64,000 bases of DNA from Eledone cirrhosa (taxonomy: Eukaryota): contig OZ024741.1 of NCBI GenBank assembly GCA_964016885.1, positions 44,020,001-44,084,000 of the forward strand, read 5' to 3'. The notes below the pieces were generated by a model. That model was not told the DNA's origin, did no database searches, and saw only the letters and a list, made by a program, of their open reading frames with translations. Of this stretch, positions 1 to 13,633 are shown piece after piece; positions within the stretch are counted from its first letter, which is position 1, and every line of letters starts with the position of its first letter. Position numbers and translations under genes: made by a program.

Positions 1-358
1 ATAAGTTCAAAATTTAACCATACACAGCAAAGGATGCTCTAAAAGAATAGATTTTCTCTTATTCTACTCTCATTGTTTTTTTGTTTGTATACAACTCTGT
101 TTTCATTACAACTTTTTGTACTTTAGCAAAACTGCCTGTTTTTTTACAGATTTGCAACATGTACTGTCTTTAATCATTTGTATAACTACATCCTGTTCAG
201 TGTTTTCCTTCATTATCAGCATAGTTTTATGTGTACAAAGATTGCACTAAATATTCGTTTGCATTAGTTATTGAAGACTTCTGCTTATTTTGACAGGTTG
301 GGGACAAATCATTTTCTTCTTTTACTTCCTAGCTGTTTATTCTTAGCATAATTTCAAA

Positions 359-387
359 CCCCGGGCAACGCCGGGTAAATCTACTAG
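359..387 (+). mobile_element. Helitron 3' terminus
   Basis: GC-rich hairpin CCCGGgcaacgCCGGG followed 8 nt later by CTAG, then T. Same terminus as the element at 1565-1880. 5' end not located. Confidence 0.7.
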
Positions 388-1564
388 TATATATATATGT
401 CATTAAGAATTCTGGGTCATGAATTTCAGCTGCATGTTAATGATGCTCCTTGTACATATTTTTTTCTACAAAGACGTCGTCTAATGATTTTGTTTCTCAA
501 ATCCAAATATAATTTCTCAACCGCAATCGTATAATATAATTACAGTGATAATCGATGCTTCAGAAGATAAAATGATATAAACCAAAAGCATGATATAATG
601 TATATTTATTATTTTCTTCAGTAGTATATAATATAGAGATATTATTTCAAGATTAATAAATCCGCAATTTATGTTGCCGTTTTGACTCGTATATTGTGCT
701 TTTCTACGAGCATGCTTATGTAATAAATCCTTCATTGAAAGGAGTGGCGATATATTAAGGCAAGTATAAACATGTCTCTTGATTTACATACACATATTTA
801 AATACAAATTGTTGCGTGGGAACAGTATAACTTTAGCAACTGCTTTTACAACTACAAGATATGCTTTATGTTATCTCAATTTATTTGCGATATTTTTAAC
901 AACACTGTTTCTCATAAAAATATATCTGCACCAATTATTTTTACAAATATTATCCGTTGAACAGCCAAGCTTATTATTAAAACTATAAATTGATGAGAAG
1001 ACATAAAATACATCATTATTATATTTTTTAAACCGTCCATCCTAGTGATGTTGTAAATCCAAATGGGACTGAGAGTGGAATCTTACGAAATAGTATAAAT
1101 AAGAATGACAACTGTCAGAAAAGAATGGAAGGGATTTGAAAAGCGCTAAAATCAGCAGTAATCCGCACTATCGGAAGCAATATTATAAAATTCTTATTAT
1201 ATATTTCTTATTTTTCCCAAAGACGAAATATATTAAGACGAATATTGGTGAGGATCGGTTATTAATATTATATTTGCTAGAGCCATCAGAGCGTTGCTGA
1301 CTTGTTCTAGCACTCAACAATCTGGCATCAAATTCTGACAATGTCCGTTTGCCTTTCAAACTTTCGGTATTGATAAATAGGAAAATCCCTTACGTTTAGT
1401 AGGTATCACATATTATCTGTTACACTGTATGAAGGGAGGTCACGACAAAATCTGTATTTGCAATCGATATAAGATGAACTTAAAACCATTATCGAAATCA
1501 TGGTATATACTACCAAATAATAATTGTGAGAAGATCATGTAAACGTCTCTTGAGTAACCTTTAA

Positions 1565-1880
1565 TCTATATATATAAAAGCAAGTTGGTCTGTGGGTGTG
1601 TGTGTGTCTGTCTGTGTACAAATACTAGGCTCCTTTTAACTTTTGAAGTACTAAGCCGATTTCAACCAAATTCGGCACACATGTTGCTTATATACCACAG
1701 CAGGTTTTGGACGAAAACAAATTTGAAAAAGATCGATATTGGGGCCGAAAAATCGATTTAAAAAAAAAATTATCTGTCTGTGTACAAATACTAGGCTCCT
1801 TTTAACTTTTGAAGGACTAGGCCATTACGGACAAACAGGCTGTCGTTCATTTCCCGAGCAACGCCGGGTACATCTGCTAG
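1565..1880 (+). mobile_element. Non-autonomous Helitron
   Basis: Starts TCTATATATATAAAAG and ends CCCGAGCAACGCCGGGTACATCTGCTAG, between A and T with no TSD. Internal ~45-bp duplication (about 1606-1652 and 1774-1819). Confidence 0.8.
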
Positions 1881-4011
1881 TGAGTATATATAATTTCATA
1901 GTTAGTGTATTTAGAATAGAATGTCAATTAATAAAATGACCGTTTTCTTTTTCAACATTGGCTAATAGAGAACACATCCAGCCAACATATATTTACTCCT
2001 TAACAAGTAAATAAAATATTTCCGTCAAATGAATATTGTAATGAAGTAATAAGTTTCAATATTGAAAGAAAGTTATTGAAATGTCATCTAATTATTGTTC
2101 GGAAGCATCTTGTTTACCATAATTTGAATGTCATATTCTAAACATCATATCCATTTGTTTTTGTTTCGATTAGATTTTCTTAGCTGAGATTTTAGCTGGT
2201 GACATTTATATCTTTATAAATTGTATGATTCTCCTTACATCATCTTCCTTAGCTTTTCCCAATGGTTGTCAAATCTTTGTGGGTGTTGAAGACATTTAGT
2301 GAAAGTTCTTGAATATTTGAAATACATACAAACGTGATTATTGAATCATTCTTGCTCTATACGTAGTGTATATATCTCTGTACTTTTTATGATATAGATT
2401 AGCGTTTAAATGACGTTGTTAATTTGCCGAATAATGAAGCTTTTCCTTTTCAAATCAATTTCTGTTAAACGTAAAAATCTGTAAGATTGATATGTAATCA
2501 TTAGTTCTTTGTAGGCACTTAATATATCTGTAAAACATCGTTTTCTATGTGGTCCGAATGCCTACCCCAGACAGAGGAGAGGAGACAAAGGAAAACATGA
2601 CACGATACCATCATATAGGGAGAGGGAGGTAACCCGGAACAGATTCGACATAAGTGGCAACCTCTTACAGCCTGGCGTACAAGATTACTGTACGGTACGC
2701 ACTATGCTCTTAGTTTGTGAGTAATTGTTATTAGTTTATTCATTAAATATATTCTCGTTTACTTATCGTGCAAAGAATTTTGTTATAAATATTTGCATTG
2801 ATTTTTATTCATAGAATATTTAGAGAATGCCGTATACTTTTATATGTTTAACATTGTCTATATTTAAAAGTTGTATGTATTAATAACCTTTCTAATTTGG
2901 ACTATAGTAGTCGGCACATATCACAACACCTAAGACCCGTTAAATATGCAGAGCGTCTAAACGATCATTATTCGCCATTTTCATTTTTCGCATGATAAAT
3001 CTGTCCTGACCCTGGAATATTTTGAAGTACAAGCTAATAGCTTTTGTTCCTTTATGTCTAACATGTATTGTACTAACTAGTTTAGCCAACGATTCACAAT
3101 ACTGAATATAAGTTATATGTATTATCTGTCAGAGGTATTTATAGTAGGGTTAATTTCTTTCCATTTTAAGATATTTTGAAATGAAACATTTGATTAAATG
3201 TCTTTGTATTCTAAGCTTACTACAATCAACTATGAGTGTTGTCCGTAAACATAGTTTATGGCAATAATCATGTTAACGATATTAATTGATAATTTTATTG
3301 TTAATCTGTACGGAATCTATCAAACCATTCATGTGCTTAATATATAGCTCTCACAGTGAAATACTTTACATTATTTCATAACACTTCTATTGTTAATGGA
3401 GCAACGTGCGTAACCATTACTTTGCTGCTATATCAGCATTTCTTATTGTAACATACATACTACCAACACTGATATAATAAATGCATAAAACCATTTTCTG
3501 TTCCTAATATTCAAACGTCGTAGTAAGTCAGAATACATTATTTCAGTTAAAGCACCCATAACCTCGACCCATTCACTAACTCTGAAGAAATTCCACATGC
3601 ATTAAATGACTATTGCATTTGCCGAACTACTTTAATTTACCTTTCGTTTATATTTATATTATAGAAACCTGCTCAAGTGCATTCTTAACTTTCTTCATCT
3701 GAATACTAATCTTTTATTGCATTACTTGAATGCATTACATTCTACGAAATGCGTTATTGCATTTGTATCCTCCATTACCCCCGCCTGCATTGCATGATTG
3801 CATTACTTCACTGTTATTCAACATTTTAATGTATTATATAACAAAATTATGCGCCTCAATTTCCTTAGTTGCAACTGGAATAGTTTCCTAGCAGCTGTTT
3901 TACATTACTGCGTTAATTCTCGACTATACCTTATTGATTATGATTATCACATTTATCATCTGAAGGTACACATAACCAAGATGGCTTTATACCTATATTT
4001 GTATATATGTT

Positions 4012-4552
<541 letters not shown>

Positions 4553-4842
4553 TATTCTGAGGTTTATAGTATTTATTGACAGGCGTTTTCTATTCATCTG
4601 GTTCACAACTCTTTCAGAATCAAGTAATTAATTAATTGCTTCTCCGAAATAGAGTGTAACATTGAATGTTGATCAGGCTATTTCACATAAATTGATTCTT
4701 ATTACTATCGCTCAAATACGACACCGATAAATTCCAAATATATATATACACACCTATGTACGTGTGTATGTATGAATGCGTAGAAACATGGACATACTCG
4801 GTTTGGTACCTGAGCGTACGTTTAGTCCACCATGAGTGAATA

Positions 4843-4920
4843 ATGACCCCTTTGTGCTTTTTAGGACAGCATTCTAGGAGAAGGAAAACTCTGATGTAAA
4901 AAATGCGACTGGAAGGCAGC
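4843..4920 (+). repeat. Dispersed repeat fragment, possibly from a LINE 5' region
   Basis: ATGACCCCTT...ATTCTAGGAGAAGGAAAACTCTGAT recurs in reverse orientation at about 29350-29422. Confidence 0.5.
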
Positions 4921-5259
4921 CGATGATGTTGACCTCATGCTTTTTGAACGACTGTCCCCGTTGTTCAGAGATTGGGATTAGTCTAGTGCAAGACCTTAAT
5001 TAACAAAGCTTCAATCAAAGGCGTCACTTATTCTTGTGGACTCTCATGTATATTGTGTTAGCGTGACTCTTTCTCATTTTCGTCCTTTCGCTGCATCATA
5101 TGCAGAAAGATAAGTAAGTTATTTGCAAGGCTTGAAGTTTACGTTTATACCGCCCATGTATGGGAAAATATTTCAAGTGATGGTAACTCTTGAAAGTGAT
5201 GGTAACTCTTGAAAGTGTGGGGGCAGCCATTATGTATGTATATTATGTATTTAAACACG

Positions 5260-5444
5260 GGTGGTGGATTGGCAGTATCGGTAGAGGGTCGGACGCCATG
5301 CTTTCCAGCATAGTTACGTCCCTTTATGATCTGAGTTCAAATCCCGCCGAGGTTGACTTTGCCTTTCATCCTTACGGGGTCGATAAAATAAAGTACCAGT
5401 AATGCACTGGGTAATTTGCTGGCCTTGTGCCTAAAGTAGAAACA
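5260..5444 (+). mobile_element. tRNA-derived SINE, full length
   Basis: A-box-like TGGCAGTATCGGTAGAG and B-box GAGTTCAAATCCC. 18-bp TSD ATTATGTATTTAAACACG at 5242-5259 and 5445-5462. More than 10 related copies in the window. Confidence 0.92.
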
Positions 5445-5879
5445 ATTATGTATTTAAACACGTATGTATGTTTGTATGTATGAATGTATGTATGTCTGTA
5501 TTTAGTATTTTATAAATATTGACCAATAGAGAGAACCGGATTCTAAAAGAGAATTTCAGTGGAATTTTGATATTATCATCTAGGTAAATATGTATGTATA
5601 TATATATGTATGTGTGTGTGCGTATGTATGTACGTGCGTGTGTATGCGTACGTGTGCATGTGTGTGTGGTGTGTTTTCGCACGGGCGCGTGTCTGTGCAT
5701 GTAGGTGTGGATATAATTGCATGTGTGGATCTGTATGTTCTGAGCTGTAACGGTTCATTTGTTTCTATATCAATAGATATCCTATGTTGAAATGTTTTAA
5801 TATTTTACAAATGTTTACAGTTCCTTTAATGTACTGTACTTGCATTATCCTAACCAGCCGGGCTTTTTCTGGTTCTGTA

Positions 5880-8400
5880 ATGCCCAGCTTCTAAATATTT
5901 ATACTGAGACAGTGTGCAATATATCGAATAATCACAGGTAAAAATTTAGAGCTGTAGTCAGGTGGGAGGTAATGCATATTCCTCATCGATTCAGCCTTAA
6001 TATTCTCCCTTTCGCTAATATTTAGAATTATATTGACAGGTGCTGGGCAGCTAATTTCCATTACTCTATACGCTTTCTTTTCTCAGTGCCATATCATTAA
6101 ATCTGGTCTGTAATATTTGCATTTTATTGTCGGTTTAACAGGAACATTCCACCAGTAATATGTATGCGTATGACCTCCATATCACTGTAAATTGTTATAT
6201 GTTTATTCTCATGACTATCCTCTCTATGGATCGTGTACTGTTTTTGGTCACTACATCTTAACTTATATGTAGTTACTGTCGTGATGAGATCTCTGGGCAG
6301 CTGCTTATGATGTTGTCAAGTTTAGGTGTTTTTCCTCTAGGAGTATCTCCTTTATGCCTCGATGATTTCGTTGTTATTTCCTGTTCTTGAATTGCAAACA
6401 AATTTTCTTCAAAATGGGAGCCAATATACAGGTTATTGGTGAAAGTTCGATTGCTTTGCTTATTTACATTACTCTGGCAATATTTCTGGCAACATAGCCA
6501 TGCAGGAATTTTTGTTGATAAGTTTGCAGCGTTTCATCCATCGGTTTATTGCAGTATTACATTACAATTTGACTTGGTTTGTGATTTCGGTTATTAACCA
6601 GGGAATATTTCTCAAGGAGCTCCTCCCCAACTCTCATGATATTATCTGCTACATGTATTTATATTCTATAAATGGGCTCCTACGTGTTGTGGTTCGTGCA
6701 TGTTGACAGAGGGATATGATGCGACACTTAAATATTTATGATGTGATGTGACACTCCTTATTTACGTTTCTGGTACAGATGGTCTATTTCAAGGTTGATG
6801 TGGTCATGTCCAGTGCCTGTTAGAACGTTGAGGCTTCTAACGTCAGTGGCTCCGATTCCGTCTAGCATCTAATCAATTACTCTAAATTTTGTTGTACACA
6901 AATCTCATTGGGGATCACTGATTTATTGTGCGCAGAGAGGTCCCAAAATCATATTTCTTTCTTGTTCTCGTATTATAATCTCTGGTTACACGTTACTTGT
7001 TACAAATATTCATCATAGGATAAATGTCCATCCATCACTATATATCTGTATCAGTATTCGCCAAAACCCGACGAAACAGTCAATCCATTGATAGAACTGT
7101 TGCTAGATTGACTTGTAACATTCCCTTGCTTTACGAATATTTATCCTGGCCAAACTCCATTCCTATATCTTTCGAGAACATTGTAACTATATCAATGTTT
7201 TATCTTCTTACCATTTATATTATTAGCAAAACGATTCAGATTGTCCCCATAGAAGCTATGTGTTAGGTTTGTGTTTCTGGCCACCACCAATGAACGTATT
7301 ACGTATCCTTCATATTTCTTCAGCATAACAAACAAGGGTTTTACTGACACTATAAACAATACCTAGGGGAGACTGTCTTCTGGAAATATACTTCTGCGAT
7401 ATGCTATTTTATCAGTGACGATATCCCTCATCTTCTCTGTATATAAATTCATGATAGTAGCCTAGGAAGAACATAGGTAGTCTTTGGGTCTGGGAATGGT
7501 ATCAGTGAGTTGAGTGAGTCGAAAAGACTCTAGCATCCAAGCGCGAGGAAAAGAATCGAATGCTTTCCTGTAGTCCAGCAAACAGGAACCTACTCTCTGT
7601 TATGTCACCGCACCTTTGACATCATGATTTATTCCTTTGGAGTTGATCAACTCACACTCAAGCTCCTTTCTGCCCAGTTGCTTCCGCACCGGTGATGATA
7701 TTTTTATTGTCACAATAATCCAGGAAGAATACGTTCACACATGTTATATACATTTATATATCATGTTTTGGCAGGCGATAGTTCGGTAGTTTTTTGTCAA
7801 GTCGGTTTATTTGTTTTATGGGACCAATATTGTTTCTTCTGTCAACCAGCTTGGTGTATGTGTATCTCCCCTGAGAGCATTCTAGTAGAGGTTAATACGA
7901 TACATCCGATAGAAAGTCAGTGTTTTGTACCAGTAGCCGAAATTCAAGTCTCTTCCTAGTGCCTTCTTAACTTGAGTTTTCCTATCACAGTCACATGGGT
8001 ATCATCATTCATGGTGTATGTTTTAGTGTAAAACAGGTCTAATATTTAGTTCGGATCCCCTTCAATTACATTAGATCTTGGTTGAAATTATTTTCAATAC
8101 CTCACATATTTCTCCAGAAGAAACAGAATCTCCCACTTTCTGGGACGATGCCTCAATAAAATTTATGAATTTGCCGCATATATCTCTATAGATGGATGTT
8201 TGGATCGGCTTAATATTGTGTTAATACAACTAAGATGATTCAACTGATGTGAAGAAAATAGATTCACGGCAATCAACCAGCATTTGATAAATGTGATTAT
8301 TGTTGTTAGGTATACTCGTACAAATAGTACGATGTATTTGAACACTGTTAGTGGAGTAAGAATATATTACATGTAAATTTCATTGTACTGTGTTGTCTCT
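5880..8400 (-). mobile_element. Old decayed R4/Dong-like RLE non-LTR retrotransposon
   Basis: Minus-strand translation by eye gives IDIVTMFSKDIGMEFGQDK (about 7141-7196, RT), FAIQEQEITTK, and YWWNVPVKPTIKCKYYRPDLMIW (RLE RPD motif, about 6090-6157). Many stops; boundaries approximate. Confidence 0.75.
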
Positions 8401-8879
8401 TATTTAGAACTGCTATAGCATATTAATTGGCAATCTTTCGTTTTATGTTTCATAAAAACGAAACATTTCGGTGATCCTCGCACATAACGGGAAATAAAAT
8501 ATGATTGAACATGAAACTAAAATATATTTTATTTATCGAGATGGCCATTAAGTTTTAATTATAACTGAGTATGTATTACCAGGCATTATAATCGATTGAT
8601 GATTTGTCTACAATCAACTGGCAAACCGCTCATTGGTAAACCACAGTCTGCGATTCATTTATCTCAACGATACAAGATCACATATGCTCACATCATTATG
8701 AAATGCTGCAAACAATAGTAGCTGAAATAATTGAATTTTGCTTTCGTAAATATAGAATACTTTAATGTGTTGTCATATTTTACTAATAGATAATTTAGAT
8801 TTTATATATACAAATAAATCTTTCACTATTTTTCTGTTTCATTAAATTTACAATAGTTTATAACTTTGCATATTAATCC

Positions 8880-9194
8880 GTATGGTGAACAAATTGTGTC
8901 CCACGTGCTGGCCTCCCCACAGCCCCGGCGGACAGGATGGAGAAGGCGTTTCCCCGGAGGATGGTAGGGGAGATGCGCTGGAAGAGCCATTCAAACTCGC
9001 CAGGCTCACAACTGCGGCTGGCTGGCTCAGCGCCTATGGTGGTGAATAGGGAGGTAGCCCTAGGGCCAAGGACAGCAGAAGTCTCCACTGCCAAGGCCAC
9101 GACTGCGAACCTGTCGGAGAGCGACCGGTAATTGGAGAGTTAGGCCTCCTCAGCCCGACGTGCAGCAGTAGCTGCACGTCGAGCTGAGGAGGCC
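8880..9194 (-). mobile_element. 3' fragment of a CRE-like RLE non-LTR retrotransposon with a 5' fold-back
   Basis: AVETSAVLG...WLFQRISPTILRGNA matches the C-terminal RLE motif of CRE-clade elements. Hairpin at 9143-9194 marks the truncation point. Confidence 0.7.
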
Positions 9195-10316
9195 CGAAAG
9201 ATTAGCCATTTTATCATGTTTTTATACAAATAATGTGACTGTATATTGTCAGGGGAAACTAATACCTGAATCTATTCAAAACATTCACATGAATAAAAAA
9301 TTCACTGAATCAACTATATCTAAATATTCCTTGTATTCATTATTCCCATTCCCGATCCCCTTGACTAATGCTACCTCAAATATTCTTTACAACTTACATA
9401 GACATTTCTTTGGATTCAGCGATTGGGATTCTCGCTGAATGTCATACATTATAATCTTATTAACAAAGAGCGTTTCATCATAAATAACGAATATAGGGCA
9501 ATATACTAACAAAGGATTTCTTAAAATCCTTCACGCCATGGCTTCCTGTTAGAGAGTAATTTTTTAGAGGAGTGGTGGAGGATGGACTATTATTATACTA
9601 CTTCTACTTCATAGAAATACAACTCGTAATGCGTTGGGATAAAACGACAGCAGAATAATTCTTTAATTGTTTGTCGTATAGAAATGAACAAAGGCAAGAG
9701 CATGAATGTTCGATATATATTGTTCGATATATTTCTTTCACCCAAAAAAAAAATATGTAAAAAGATAAAATATATAGGCCATACACTAATTGTAATTGCT
9801 CAGCTTCCTTCAATATAGAATTTAGCGTAACATTTAAAGATCCCCTGAAGTACGTACTGCATTTTATTATGTATCCTCATTGATACCAGGAAGAATAATT
9901 ACATATATCCCATATTTCATTGAACGACATTTTTCTTTTATTAAAATGGGAAATGAATGATAATGGTATCATATGTTTTCCCTCAACTGTTGGTGATCGT
10001 AATTGATGATTACATATTATGCTGTAGTAGAAACAGAGCATTAAGCTACTAGTTGCAGTAATTACTAATTATATACTGTCGAAATATAAATTAGCACTGA
10101 AAAGGTAATAAACATTCATTCCTAATAAAGAATAAATTGTATCAACATGGCGGATATATACGTGTCAAATAATCGTGTCATGGACGGCGATATCCTGATT
10201 TACTGATCGTGAGACACATGTTCGATATAAGAGGGGTATCTTATTTGTATCAGTATATAACGAACTGATTTCAATACCAACACGCACACACACGTTATAC
10301 ACACACACACACACAG

Positions 10317-10370
<54 letters not shown>

Positions 10371-10400
10371 GTTACGTAATTCCGAAGGAAAAGCAAAGGA

Positions 10401-10660
10401 AAAAAGAGTGATCTAATTAGCTATTTAATTAGAAAGTGAACAACACAAACTATAACTACTCCATTACCAAATGTTTCTGGATCCCAGGCAATAATAATAT
10501 ACGTCTGGATCGGTCGACAGACAGAGATAACATCTCTGTCTGACGACTGATCCAGACAAATATTATTATTGTCTGGGATCCAGAAACCTTTGGTAATGGA
10601 GTAGTTATATTTTGTGTTGTTCACTTTCTAATTAAATAGCTAATTAGATCACTCTTTTTT
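10401..10660. mobile_element. Palindromic PLE-type insertion between (TA)n tracts
   Basis: About 128-bp inverted arms centred on 10530; each arm carries a hammerhead motif. Confidence 0.8.
10534..10601 (+). ncRNA. Type I hammerhead ribozyme, intact core
   Basis: Stem I CUCUGU/AUGGAG; core CUGACGA; long stem II UGAUCCAGACAA/UUGUCUGGGAUCCA; GAAAC; stem III ACC-UUU-GGU; cleavage triplet GUA. The mirror copy at 10459-10526 (minus) has CUGUCGA. Confidence 0.8.
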
Positions 10661-10682
10661 GTGTTGATCATTTTCTAACTAG

Positions 10683-10721
<39 letters not shown>

Positions 10722-10730
<9 letters not shown>

Positions 10731-12162
10731 ACTTAGAGTTTACACTCAATGGGGTCATTTACAATTATTTTAGCTCTAAGAATCACTTCTGAGCAGTATA
10801 AATTAATATATAATAAATATTTACATGTTTTTGTTGCAATTGACAATAAAATAGCTAGAATGAAATTTCTTAATTCAATTACATATAGTTTGCCTGTGTC
10901 GATCTAAAAAATAATAAATCAATACTCACAAACACATATGGGCAAAAGTCCTTGGTACTTAGACACGTTTAAATTTCAAAATACAAACTTTCACCGCAGA
11001 TCAGTCCGAACTTCATAATTTAAACATGCTTCACAAAGGATGGTATAATAGTGAAATAATTAATTAATTAGTAGTGAGTTAATTAATTTTCTGTGTTTAT
11101 CAATAGGTACCCAGTTATACTATATTACTGCTCCCCCAGTTGACCTGAATTTCCCATATAAACGGCTGTTATTTCGAGCACTATGAGTGTGGGAGGCTAG
11201 AGGATTGGAATAAGTCGTGTGCAAAACCTCGTGTATTTTCGCTACGTTAACCAGACCTTAGATATTTTTCCGAGGTGAAGTTACTTAATTTAATTGGGTA
11301 CCTATTGATGAACACAGAAAATTAATTAACTCACTACTAATTAATTAATTATTTCACTATTATACCATCCTTTGTGAAACATGTTTAAATTTTGAAGTTC
11401 GGACTGATCTGCGGTGAAAGTTTGTATTTTGAAATTTAAACGTGTCTAGGTACCAAGGCCTTTTGCCCATATGTGTTTGTGAGTATTGATTTATTATTTT
11501 TTAGATCGACACAGGCAAACTATATGTATTTGAATTAAGAAATTTCATTCTACCTATTTTATTGTCAATTGCAACAAAAACATGTAACTGTTTATTATAT
11601 ATTAATTTATACTGCTCAGAAATGATTCTTAGAGCTAAAATAATTGTAAATGACCCCATTGAATGTAAACTCTAAGTTATATTATATTACTGCTCCCTCA
11701 GTTGAGCTGAATTTGTAATCCCATTTAAACGGCTGTTATTTCTAGCACTATGAGTGTGGGAGGCTAGAGGATTGGAATAAGTCTTGTACAAAACCTCGTG
11801 TATTTTCGCTACGTTAACCAGACCTTAGATATTTTTCCGAGGTGAAGTTACTTAATTTATCTTGGTATCTATTGATAAACACAGAAAATTAATTAACTCA
11901 CTACTAATTAATTAATTATTTCACTATTATACCATTCTTTGTGAAACATGTTTAAATTGTGAAGTTCGGACTGATCTGCGGAGAAAGTTTGTATGTTGAA
12001 ATTTAAACGTGTCTAGGTACCAAGGCCTTTTGCCCATATGTGTTTGTGAGTATTGATTTATTATTTTTTAGATCGACACATATGTATTTCAATTAAGAAA
12101 TTTCATTCTAGCTATTTTATTGTCAATTGCAACAAAAACCTGTAAATGTTTATTATATATTA

Positions 12163-12166
<4 letters not shown>
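10722..12166 (+). mobile_element. Non-coding tandem-plus-inverted repeat element with PLE-like architecture
   Basis: 10722-11112 is the reverse complement of about 11296-11686. 11121-11610 repeats directly from 11683 (period about 562). (TA)n on both sides. No canonical HHR core found. Confidence 0.7.
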
Positions 12167-12198
<32 letters not shown>

Positions 12199-12203
12199 AT
12201 TTC

Positions 12204-12237
12204 GTGATGAATTCTTTTGAATGAAACAACTCAAGTC
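12204..12237 (+). ncRNA. Near-canonical hammerhead remnant
   Basis: gUGAUGA-AUUC-UUUU-GAAU-GAAAC-AACUCAA-GUC just after a (TA)n tract. C3 is replaced by G and stem I is not evident. Confidence 0.5.
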
Positions 12238-12530
12238 CTGTAGAAGACATTTCTATATTAAACATTCTGTGGTTACCCCCCGATTGAACCTGGGACACAT
12301 CACTGATTGAGCACTGTTTCCTTTTTTCTTTTTAACCCTTACGGTTATTTTCTACACATACACACACAGACACACACACATACCCTCACACACACACACA
12401 CATTCTCACACACACACATACACACACACACAGATATGTAAGCCAACTTATGCAGCTATATATGCAAATGAGATTAATTACCTCATTTACACAGACGAGA
12501 AAACTATATATTCTCGACTGTTTCCAAGTC

Positions 12531-12616
12531 CAGCAGTAGCAAGCTGTGGGTGGGACCGTCCGGACGAAGGCCAGTCAAGCCTGAATTCATAGATGATTGT
12601 CCCCCTGCTACTGCTG
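12531..12616 (+). ncRNA. Degenerate hammerhead-like fold in an insertion between microsatellites
   Basis: Outer stem CAGCAGUAGCA/UGCUACUGCUG; stem I GGGACCGUC/GAUUGUCCC; core CgGACGA; stem II AGGC/GCCU; GAAuUC. Core has substitutions. Confidence 0.45.
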
Positions 12617-12648
12617 CATTTCAGTCTTCAATGGCCTATAGCTATAGG

Positions 12649-12679
<31 letters not shown>

Positions 12680-12682
12680 ATA

Positions 12683-13633
12683 TAATAAATGTAATCTGAG
12701 GTTTTCGAATATTAATAATAACATTCCATTTGTTTGCAATTATGCAAACAAGTCTCATTTTTAAAGCAATGTCAGTGGAATGAACAGCTTCATTCTTGCT
12801 CTTGTGTTGGCATGTAAACAGAACTGCAGACACTAATGTTTATGGGTATCACCCTTCATCAGTACAGCTGACTGTTCACCTGCCAACTGTCAGAGCTAGT
12901 GAAAATATATGCTATTTTCTAAAATATACAGTGACTGATCGACCTGATTAGCATATTAGCAGGCTGGCTGATCAGTCAAATGTGCATATTAGCAGATCCA
13001 CTTATCAGCCAGATTTGCATATCAGCAGAGTGGTCAGTCAGTTTCCTATATACGAGCGATAAATGGCCGGCTTTGCCAAATTCAAATAAAAAAAAAAGAT
13101 TTTCGCTGTACATGGCTGAATACAATAAATGTAATCTGAGATTTTCGAATATTAATAATAACATTCGGTTCGTTTGCAATTATGCCAACAAGCCTGATTT
13201 TTATAGCCATGTCACTAGAATGAATAACTTCATTATTGCTCTTGTGTTGGCATGTAAACAGAACTGCAGACACTAATGTTTCTGGTTATCACGCTTCATC
13301 AGTACAGCTCACTGTTCACTCTGCTAATATGCAAATCAGGCCGATCAGTCACTGTATATTTTAGAAAATAGCATATATTTTCACTAGCTGTGAGAGTTGG
13401 CAGGCGAACAGTGAGATGTTCAGATGAAGCGTGATACCCAGAAAATTAGTGTCTGCAGTTCTGTTCGCATGCCAACACAAGAGAAAGAATGAAGTTGTTC
13501 ATTCCACTGACATGGCTTTAAAAATGAGGCTTGTTGGCATAATTGCAAACGATTCGAATGTTATTATTAATATTCGAAAACTCAGATTACATTTATTGTA
13601 TTCAGCTATGTAGAGCGAAAAAAATTTTTTTTT
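12683..13633 (-). mobile_element. Retrozyme-like non-autonomous PLE, family A (440-nt monomer, about 1.5 tandem units plus an inverted unit)
   Basis: Direct repeat with period 440 (12821 vs 13261); inverted copy at 13321-13633; flanked by (TA)n/(TG)n; three HHR copies. Confidence 0.85.
13261..13310 (-). ncRNA. Type I hammerhead ribozyme, family A
   Basis: GAGCUGUA-CUGAUGA-AGCGUGAUAACCA-GAAAC-AUUAGU-GUC-UGCAGUUC with an 8-bp stem I. The sister copy at 12821-12870 has a perfect stem II (GGGU/ACCC) but UAAAC. A third copy at 13413-13461 (plus) is decayed. Confidence 0.85.

Noticed and set aside
5260-5350. tRNA gene
   Set aside because: The A/B boxes belong to a multicopy SINE with TSDs; no full cloverleaf.
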